Source: Candidatus Bipolaricaulia bacterium
GTDB lineage: Bacteria; Bipolaricaulota; Bipolaricaulia; JBHIAT01
NCBI GenBank assembly: GCA_046758705.1
Contig: JBHIAT010000077.1
Span: forward strand, 1-16,224
Direction of reading: 5' to 3'
DNA: 16,224 nt
The notes below the pieces were generated by a model. The model saw nothing but the letters and a program-made list of their open reading frames with translations, was not told the origin of the DNA and did not search any database. The translations under genes were made by a program, and so were the position numbers. Of the stretch, positions 1-6,496 are shown one piece after another. Each line of letters begins with the position of its first letter. Within the stretch, counting starts at the first letter, position 1.

Positions 1-84
1 TATTTGGGGATTGGAGGAGTTGCTGACGGTGGTGGTTCCCCCTGAGGGAGAGGAGTATCATCAACTCTGAATCGGGCGACTACC
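1..84 (+). mobile_element. Right end of a probable IS1-family insertion sequence (partial, runs off the left edge)
   Basis: Frame +2 (2..70) reads IWGLEELLTVVVPPEGEEYHQL*, resembling the 'TDH(I/V)W(S/T)xxELL' C-terminus of IS1-like transposases. The segment ends in ...GGGCGACTACC at 84 (GGTAGTCGCCC on the minus strand), an IS1-type GGTART terminus, exactly where the adjacent MDR gene is cut. Confidence 0.65.
2..70 (+). CDS. C-terminal 22 aa of a putative IS1-family transposase (partial)
   Basis: Open frame from the window edge to TGA at 68-70, translated by hand; WxLEELL motif; stop lies just inside the putative terminus. Confidence 0.55.
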   Translation: MWGLEELLTVVVPPEGEEYHQL

Positions 85-541
85 GAATATTTCCTTTTCC
101 AAGGAAAAGCAATGCGGTTATTGCCCCATTAGGAACGGCGGCGGCTTCCTCATAGGTCATATTGGCCGGTTTTATTGCCAGCACCCCTTCTTCAGGCAGA
201 CATACGTACTCGGCATAAGCACCAAAACTCAACCCGCCGGTAGTTCCAAAAACTTGGTCACCTTTCCTAAATAGTTTTACATCTTTGCCTACTGATTCAA
301 TTTCCCCGGCTAGATAAAACCCTAGTATTTTTTTTCTTGGTTTTCTGATACCTAATGCTATTCGCATGGGGAGCCAGAACAAGGGAGGGATTGTGAAACT
401 TCGATTTCTCGGGTCCTCTGCTGCTACTGTTGCTGCAAATATTTTGATGAGTACTTCATTGTCCTTAGGGATAGGTTTTTCTATCTCTTTGAGCTGAAGA
501 ACATCCGGTGGCCCGTATTTCTCATATACCATCGCTTTCAT
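80..541 (-). pseudogene. MDR-family (zinc-independent, quinone-reductase-like) NAD(P)-dependent oxidoreductase, truncated after the GroES-like N-terminal domain
   Basis: [17 protein letters not shown]...[10 protein letters not shown]...[23 protein letters not shown]...GAYAEYVC...EEAAAVP is the typical MDR N-terminus. The frame stops at 153 aa (family usually ~320 aa), just before the Rossmann 'GQKVLINGASG' segment, and the stop codon comes from the IS end. RBS AGGAGGA at 548-554 (minus). Visibly AT-richer than the rest of the window. Confidence 0.85.
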
Positions 542-577
542 AAGTATTCCTCCTAATTTACTTTGATCCGGTGATTT

Positions 578-629
578 TCCATCTAATTCCCTATCAGGCG
601 TATTAGACGGATATGCCTTCCGCCTGATA
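578..629. repeat. Two interleaved inverted repeats upstream of the MDR gene
   Basis: TCCATCTAAT (578-587) pairs with ATTAGACGGA (602-611), 9/10. TATCAGGCG (592-600) pairs with CGCCTGATA (621-629), 9/9. Confidence 0.6.
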
Positions 630-771
630 CACTTGCCACAACTGAGTAAAGCGAGTCAAATGCGGATTATCCCCGTCTCTCAGTTCACATCGATTTTGGC
701 TTTTATCTTAGGATATACTCAGGGCACCTGGAATGCAACGTTGAGCAGGTGATTTGATTATGTTGGGGTTC

Positions 772-838
772 GTTAACCTAAGCGACGGGGTCGCCCCCGC
801 CGCTCGGCTTCAAACCCGGACATGAAAGGTTACCCTCA
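772..838 (-). mobile_element. Group II intron 3'-terminal remnant (distal part of domain V plus complete domain VI)
   Basis: Minus strand reads TGAGGG-TAAC-CTTTCA-TG-TCCGGGTT (DV upper stem-loop, 2-nt bulge, 3' arm), then TGAAG, then CCGAGCGGCGGGG-GCGA-CCCCGTCGCTTAGG (DVI with GNRA loop and bulged A), ending TTAAC, the IIB-type AAC 3' end. The 5' arm of DV (expected GAGCCGGA) is absent. Confidence 0.85.
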
Positions 839-949
839 GGGCAGGTCCATACAGATGAACTGACCCCCAGGATTTTTATGCTCTCGCTGCCGATGGTCCG
901 ACGATCGTCTCTGTTGTGTGAGAATTCTAACGCCCTGACTATGACATCC

Positions 950-958
950 ATTATAGCA
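950..958 (-). promoter_or_regulatory. Possible extended -10 promoter element pointing leftwards
   Basis: Minus strand TGCTATAAT is a perfect TGnTATAAT; no good -35 at 17 bp spacing. Confidence 0.35.
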
Positions 959-1122
959 GGCTGCCCCGTCACACCTTATACTGTTTCTGATACTGCCTTA
1001 ATGATTTAAGTCAGCGAAACAGCTGACGGGAATCGAAAAAACGGCACAGGGAACTAACAGTTGGTCATTTTGATGTGCCACGGGACGTTTCTAGTGGACA
1101 GTTGACGAGGAGGTGATCGACG

Positions 1123-1362
1123 ATGATGTGGGATGGGGGGTCGATGTGGTGGATGTGGCTGTGGCCGCTCCTGTTCATTGCCCTGATCGGCGGAATCGTC
1201 TACGCAGTGGTCCGGGGGGCGACCCAGACCCAGACCCGCCCCCCGACTCAAGGGGAGACAGGGGATGAAGCGATGGAGATCCTGAGGCGTCAGTACGCCC
1301 GGGGCGAGATTGATGAAGAGGAGTTCGAACAGCGCAGACGGGTGCTTGCTGATAACCGCTGA
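1123..1362 (+). CDS. SHOCT domain-containing small membrane protein
   Basis: Met/Trp/Gly-rich N-terminus, one hydrophobic helix, and C-terminal AMEILRRQYARGEIDEEEFEQRR (SHOCT signature). Strong RBS GAGGAGGTGA at 1107-1116. Confidence 0.9.
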   Translation: MMWDGGSMWWMWLWPLLFIALIGGIVYAVVRGATQTQTRPPTQGETGDEAMEILRRQYARGEIDEEEFEQRRRVLADNR

Positions 1363-1373
1363 GGTAGAAGGCT

Positions 1374-2585
1374 CTATCTCTTGAGCATCTTACGCATCGT
1401 CAGTCTCGGTCCGCCAAGCCTCCAAAGATAGCGATAGCCGATCGCGTTCTTCAATGTCCGCGCCGCCCAGCCGGAGAAGTGCATTCCGGAGTCTCCCAGG
1501 TTCATCACCCCTAAAGCATCCTTGCGTCCCACGCTCAAGAACGTGCCCAACCGTTTGGGTCGGAACGGCTCGGGCGCCCGACCCGACAGCTGGCGGGACA
1601 GGTTCCTCGCAGCCCAATTCCCCTGTTGAAGCGCGATCTGAGCCATGGGCGGCAGCGGACGATCTTGGTTGTCGACGGCCAACGAGCAGTCTCCAATGAT
1701 ATAAACATCTGGATGATCACGGGCTTGCAACAACTTGTTGACATAGGCGCAACCTTGGCGATTGACGGCAAACCCGCTTTGCTCGACGAGGTGGTGGCCG
1801 CGCACGCCACCGGCCCAAATGATCACCCCCGCCTCCAATTGCTGACCATCATCCAATACCACACAGTGGGGCTCCACGCAGGTGACATGGACCCCGGTGA
1901 TCAACTCCACCCCTTTGCGCGTGAGGGTATTGGTGGCCTGCTTGACCAGCAGCGGATCAAAGCCTGGAAGGATCGATCTCCCGACTATGGTGATGCGAAT
2001 CTCTTGCGGGTCCAGGTCGAAGGTCGTGGCCAGGCGCGGTCGCCAGTCGGCTATCTCACCCGCCAGCTCCACGCCGGTGAGCCCCCCACCCCCAATGAGG
2101 ATATGGGTGCACCAATCATTATCGGGGTTTTCGTCATAGGCGACCATGGCCAGCTCGATGCGGCTGTGGATCAGGTGCGCGCTGCTGAGATCGTGCAGCA
2201 CGAGCGCATGCTCCTGCAAGCCCTCGATCTCGTAGAACTGGGGTTCCCAGCCCAGCGCGACGATCAGGGCGTCGTAGGTGAGGGCCTTCGTCTCACCGCG
2301 TGTTCTCACCTCGACCTGGTGTGCTTGGGGATCGATGGTCTGGACGAGGCCGCGCAGCACCCCGACCTGCGGACCCAGCAGCCTGGGCAGGTAGACCGAG
2401 ACCTCTTCCAAGGCCGCGTTCCAGAAGGCCGGGTGATGCAAGAGCGTCGTCAGGTAATGGTAGTTGTGATTGTTCACCAACGTGATTTGGGCTTTTCCTG
2501 AGGTCACGAGTCGACGCAGGTGGACGGCGGCGGTGACCCCGGCATAGCCGCCGCCGAGGATGAGGATCTGGGGTTTGCTCGCCAT
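1374..2585 (-). CDS. ndh: Type II NAD(P)H:quinone oxidoreductase (NDH-2 family flavoprotein)
   Basis: FAD motif ILGGGYAG, second Rossmann IGGGGLTGVELAGE, IWAGGV, FAD-binding IIGD, quinone-site AQIALQQG, basic amphipathic C-terminus; 403 aa. Confidence 0.88.
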   Translation of the reverse strand: MASKPQILILGGGYAGVTAAVHLRRLVTSGKAQITLVNNHNYHYLTTLLHHPAFWNAALEEVSVYLPRLLGPQVGVLRGLVQTIDPQAHQVEVRTRGETKALTYDALIVALGWEPQFYEIEGLQEHALVLHDLSSAHLIHSRIELAMVAYDENPDNDWCTHILIGGGGLTGVELAGEIADWRPRLATTFDLDPQEIRITIVGRSILPGFDPLLVKQATNTLTRKGVELITGVHVTCVEPHCVVLDDGQQLEAGVIIWAGGVRGHHLVEQSGFAVNRQGCAYVNKLLQARDHPDVYIIGDCSLAVDNQDRPLPPMAQIALQQGNWAARNLSRQLSGRAPEPFRPKRLGTFLSVGRKDALGVMNLGDSGMHFSGWAARTLKNAIGYRYLWRLGGPRLTMRKMLKR

Positions 2586-2588
2586 CGC

Positions 2589-3338
2589 TCACGCTCCTGC
2601 TCCTCTGGCTGCCTCATCGAGGAACCACACGACCCGTCCCCTGGGGCGGACCCTAGCTGCTGGGTAGAGGCGGCTCGCTTGCTCGGGGTCGTTTAGGATG
2701 GCCCTGACCACGGTCTTCTTACTGGCCCCGGAGACCAGGAAAAAAACGTCGTTGGCCCGGTTAAGCACGGGAAGGGTGAGGGTGATACGCTGCCGTGATG
2801 AGTAGGTGGGAGGAGCGAGGGCCGGAGCGACCCACCGTTCTCTCTCCTCCAGAGCAGAACCGTCCGGAAAAAGTGAGGCGGTGTGGCCGTCCTCTCCCAT
2901 GCCTAATAGGATCAGATCGAAAGCAGGAAACGATGTGGCTGGAGCAGGTTGAAAAAATTCCCGGAGCGTTTGCTCGTAGGCTTCCGCGACCGTCTCGACA
3001 GGTTTTTCTGTCGGAATACGATGAACGTTTTCAGGAGGCAGCGGCACCTTTGAAATCAGTGCCTCGTCCACCATGGCAAAATTGCTATCGGGATGGTCCG
3101 GAGGCACACAGCGCTCGTCACCCCAGAAGAGATGGACCCGAGACCAGGGGATTTGATCCCGGTACTCACCGGCCAGCAGCTGGTACAGGGTGCGCGGGGT
3201 GGTGCCGCCTGCCAGGGACAGGGAGAAGCGCCCGTGCCCGGCAACGGCCTCCTGAGCCCGATCGATCAGACGCTCGGCCGCTGTCCGGCTCAGGGACTCC
3301 AGGTCGGGGTAAACGTGAATCTCTAGCTCAGAGCTCAT
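2589..3338 (-). CDS. pgl: 6-phosphogluconolactonase
   Basis: LAGGTTP, HLFWGDERCVPPDHPDSN, FDLILLGMGEDGHTASLFP, RITLTLPVLN. Start placed at ATG 3338, overlapping the zwf stop as ATGA, rather than 3350. Confidence 0.96.
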   Translation of the reverse strand: MSSELEIHVYPDLESLSRTAAERLIDRAQEAVAGHGRFSLSLAGGTTPRTLYQLLAGEYRDQIPWSRVHLFWGDERCVPPDHPDSNFAMVDEALISKVPLPPENVHRIPTEKPVETVAEAYEQTLREFFQPAPATSFPAFDLILLGMGEDGHTASLFPDGSALEERERWVAPALAPPTYSSRQRITLTLPVLNRANDVFFLVSGASKKTVVRAILNDPEQASRLYPAARVRPRGRVVWFLDEAARGAGA

Positions 3339-4798
3339 AGGATCAGCCATTGTTGTGCTCTTCGGTCAAGAAGTTGATCCGCTTCCGGTGGCCCCCAGGT
3401 ACCGGCGGCGTAGGGGTGCACCTGGGGCTGCTGTTCCAGCAGCGGGGTGTACAGCTGCCAGGCAGCCTCCACCTCGTCGGCGCGCACGAACAGCGTCTGA
3501 TCACCGGTCAGGACATCGAGCAGCAAAGTTTCGTAAGCGTCCGGGAGCGGTGAAAAAACTTCGGCATAGCGGAAGCGCAGGCGGTGCGTCTGCAGGTTAA
3601 GGGACTGACCGGGCGTTTTCACCTCAAAGCGGAGGTCGAAACCTTCATCCGGCTGGAGCTTGATCACCAACGCGTTAGAGTGAATCTCACAGGAGGAATC
3701 GAACGACTGAAAGATCGACACAGGTGGGCGGCGGAAGTTGACCACGATCTGGGTGGCCCGGTGGGACATCCGTTTCCCGGTGCGCAGATAAAAGGGCACC
3801 CCCTGCCAGCGCCAGTTGGCGATCTCCAGCCGCAGGCCAACGAAGGTCTCGGTGTCGGAGTCAGGGTCTACATCCGGCTCCTCCCGATAGCCGGGCATCT
3901 CCCGACCGTCGATCTGGCCATGCGTGTATTGACCGAAGACAACATCTTGCGGACGGATCGGAGTGACAGAATGGAGCACCTTGGCTTTCTCGTGGCGGAT
4001 GGCGTCTGCCTCGAAGGCCACCGGAACCTCCATGCCAATCAAAGTCAGAAGCTGCGTCAGGTGATTCTGAACCATGTCGCGCAGGGCACCGGCCTGCTCA
4101 TAGTAGCCGGCCCGATCCTCGACCCCCAGTTCCTCGGCCACGGTAATCTGTACGCTCTCCACCCGGTCGCGGTTCCAGAGGGATTCAAACAGGGGATTTG
4201 CGAACCGAAAGATCAGCAAATTCTGCACCGTTTCCTTTCCCAGATAGTGGTCGATCCGGTAAACCTGCGATTCGTCGAAGTGGCGGTGGACGAGTTGGTT
4301 CAACTCCTGGGCCGAGGCCAGATCGCGCCCGAAGGGTTTTTCGATGACCAGCCGCGTCCAGCCGGGGCTGCGATTCAGCCCAGCTTGACCCAGTCCGGTA
4401 ATGGTGCCCGGGAAGCCAGGCGGCGGCAGGGCCAGGTAGAAAACCCGGTTGCCCGGCAGGTTGTGCTCCTGCTCCAAAGCTTCGATGCGGGCCGCCAGGG
4501 CCCGGTAGTCTTTCTCACTTCTCTGGGCAATGGACTGAAAGTGCAGGCATTGATCACACCAGCGGCCGGCCTGTTCATCCGTAACTAACCCGGCATCCAC
4601 CAGTGCCTCGCGTGCGTCAGCCCGGAAACTGTTGTCGTCCGGGTCTGTGCTGCGGGCGACACCGAGGATCTGGGAGCGGTCGTTCAGGAGCCCCTGGATG
4701 AACAGATGGTAGAGAGCCGGGAGCAGTTTGCGGTGCATCAGGTCGCCTGTCCCACCCATGACGACGAACAGGTGAGGTTCAACATGGGTTTCGGTCAT
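3335..4798 (-). CDS. zwf: Glucose-6-phosphate 1-dehydrogenase
   Basis: GGTGDL, VIEKPFG, YRIDHYLGKETVQN, RDMVQNH, WQGVPFYLRTGK. Confidence 0.98.
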   Translation of the reverse strand: MTETHVEPHLFVVMGGTGDLMHRKLLPALYHLFIQGLLNDRSQILGVARSTDPDDNSFRADAREALVDAGLVTDEQAGRWCDQCLHFQSIAQRSEKDYRALAARIEALEQEHNLPGNRVFYLALPPPGFPGTITGLGQAGLNRSPGWTRLVIEKPFGRDLASAQELNQLVHRHFDESQVYRIDHYLGKETVQNLLIFRFANPLFESLWNRDRVESVQITVAEELGVEDRAGYYEQAGALRDMVQNHLTQLLTLIGMEVPVAFEADAIRHEKAKVLHSVTPIRPQDVVFGQYTHGQIDGREMPGYREEPDVDPDSDTETFVGLRLEIANWRWQGVPFYLRTGKRMSHRATQIVVNFRRPPVSIFQSFDSSCEIHSNALVIKLQPDEGFDLRFEVKTPGQSLNLQTHRLRFRYAEVFSPLPDAYETLLLDVLTGDQTLFVRADEVEAAWQLYTPLLEQQPQVHPYAAGTWGPPEADQLLDRRAQQWLIL

Positions 4799-5712
4799 GA
4801 CGACTCCTCCCGCTTGATCTCGTGGCCGCCGAACTGATTCCTCATGGCGGCTAACAGTTTGTCTGCAAAGGACTGGGTGTCACGGGAACGCAGGCGCTGG
4901 AGCAGTGCCAGACTGATCACCGGTGCCGGCACATCCAGGTCGATGGCCTCAGAGACCGTCCAACGCCCCTCGCCGGAGTCGGCCACGTAGGGAGCGATGC
5001 CGCTTAAGTCCGGGTTCTCAGCCAGAGCTGCGGCGGTCAGGTCCAACAGCCAGGAGCGCACCACGCTGCCAAACTGCCAGACTTCGGCGATCTGACGCAG
5101 ATCCAGCTCGAACTCGGCTTTGTGCTTCATAATGGAAAATCCTTCGGCGTAGGCCTGCATCATGCCGTACTCGATTCCGTTATGTACCATCTTGACGAAG
5201 TGGCCGGCGCCACTCGGCCCGACGTGCCCCCAACCCTTATCGGGACCAGGGGCCAGAGTCTCGAAGATGGGACGCAGCCGCTCCACAACGACCTGATCGC
5301 CGCCGACCATCATGCTGTATCCCTCGGTGAGTCCCCAGATCCCACCACTGGTGCCCACGTCCACAAACTGAAATCCATTTTCCTTTAACATGGCGGCTCG
5401 GCGCAGGGTGCCCTTGTAGTTAGAGTTACCCCCATCTACGATCACATCTTCTGGCTCAAGATCAGAATCAGAGAGCAGCATCTGGATCGTCTGATCCACC
5501 ACACCGGCAGGCACCATCAGCCACACGACCCGCGACGGGGTGAGCTGCTCAACCAGGTTGCCCAGCGAGTTGGCCCCATCCGCCCCCTTTTCTACGATGC
5601 GCTGGACGGTCGCCGGGGTCCGGGCGTAGCCCACCACCCGGTGTCCATCGCGCAATAGTCGCTCCGTCATGTTCGCCCCCATGCGCCCTAAACCGATCAT
5701 TCCGAGCTCCAT
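4795..5712 (-). CDS. gnd: 6-phosphogluconate dehydrogenase, decarboxylating (short ~300 aa type)
   Basis: IGLGRMG, VDGGNS, DVGTSGG, GAGHFVKMVHNGIEYG, DSGEGRWT, MRNQFGGH. Confidence 0.97.
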   Translation of the reverse strand: MELGMIGLGRMGANMTERLLRDGHRVVGYARTPATVQRIVEKGADGANSLGNLVEQLTPSRVVWLMVPAGVVDQTIQMLLSDSDLEPEDVIVDGGNSNYKGTLRRAAMLKENGFQFVDVGTSGGIWGLTEGYSMMVGGDQVVVERLRPIFETLAPGPDKGWGHVGPSGAGHFVKMVHNGIEYGMMQAYAEGFSIMKHKAEFELDLRQIAEVWQFGSVVRSWLLDLTAAALAENPDLSGIAPYVADSGEGRWTVSEAIDLDVPAPVISLALLQRLRSRDTQSFADKLLAAMRNQFGGHEIKREESS

Positions 5713-5734
5713 GATCTCGCTCCTTTCTTAAGAT

Positions 5735-6496
5735 TTATTCCTGGGCTCGCTCCACAAACATCTGCTGTACAACCGTCTCAAGCTGGGTCGGATCGTCCAC
5801 GACCCAGCGTTCATCCAGCAATCGCTCGGCGTGGATCGTCTCACGGGTAAAGTCCGTGGGCACGGCGATGCACGCCATTCCGGCGGCCAACACCGCTTTC
5901 ACCCCGGCGGCTGAATCCTCGATGACCAACGATTCATGGGGGAGAACACGGAGCTCTCTGGCCACCAGTTGATAAATTTCCGAGTCAGGCTTGCCATGCT
6001 CCACATCGTCCCGCGTGGCGATGAAGTCGAATGCATCGTTCAGGTCGAGCACATCCAATACCCGGCGCGCTTGTTCGCGGACGGACATGGTGGCTAAAGC
6101 GGTTTTACAACCGTTCCGTCGGGCCTGGTGGAGCAGGCTGACATTGTGTGGCCACTGGTTGCTCCGCAACACCTCCGGATCGTCCAGCATCGCCTGGTAG
6201 ATGCGCAATCGCACCTGCACGAACGCCTGCCAGGGAGTACTCACCCCGAACTCGGCCATGCGTGCTCGGGCTGCCTCTTCCAGTGTGAAGCGCTCTATCA
6301 ACGCCACGGCGACCTCCTGTCGTGAGCGGCCGACCACCTGTTTGAACGCCTCGATCACTTCCGCTTCGGTCAGCGTGTCGGGGCAGAGTTCCACGGCGGC
6401 GCGGGCATATGAGATGGCTTTAAGCCGCTCCGTCTGCACCAACGTACCGTCCAGATCGAAGATCATCGCCTTGATCATAAGATCCTCCAGGCTCAT
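5735..6496 (-). CDS. HAD-superfamily hydrolase (C1 cap, beta-phosphoglucomutase/sugar-phosphatase-like)
   Basis: Motif I FDLDGT, motif II LAT, motif [11 protein letters not shown], motif IV IEDS. The start is either 6496 (ATGA overlap) or 6478 ([12 protein letters not shown], with GGAGG at 6484-6488). Confidence 0.9.
   Translation of the reverse strand: MSLEDLMIKAMIFDLDGTLVQTERLKAISYARAAVELCPDTLTEAEVIEAFKQVVGRSRQEVAVALIERFTLEEAARARMAEFGVSTPWQAFVQVRLRIYQAMLDDPEVLRSNQWPHNVSLLHQARRNGCKTALATMSVREQARRVLDVLDLNDAFDFIATRDDVEHGKPDSEIYQLVARELRVLPHESLVIEDSAAGVKAVLAAGMACIAVPTDFTRETIHAERLLDERWVVDDPTQLETVVQQMFVERAQE

Noticed and set aside
578..611. Integron attC site
   Set aside because: Too short, the core sites deviate from RYYYAAC/GTTRRRY, and there is no integrase or array in the window. 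Kept only as an unexplained repeat.
837..876. CAGGGCAGGTCCA...TGAACTGACCCCCAGGATTT at the intron breakpoint, reminiscent of IS3- or ISAs1-type termini
   Set aside because: I found no matching second terminus, transposase or target duplication, so the resemblance is too short to call.
778..972. 64-aa minus-strand ORF
   Set aside because: It runs through the group II intron RNA remnant and has no RT/maturase motifs or RBS.
1010..1079. Short hairpins GTCAGC/GCTGAC and GGCACA/TGTGCC upstream of the SHOCT gene
   Set aside because: Six-bp stems are expected by chance, with no adjacent U-tract or riboswitch consensus.
1363..1373. Terminators between convergent genes (here and at 14988-15002)
   Set aside because: The 11-bp and 15-bp gaps contain no hairpin with a U-tract.
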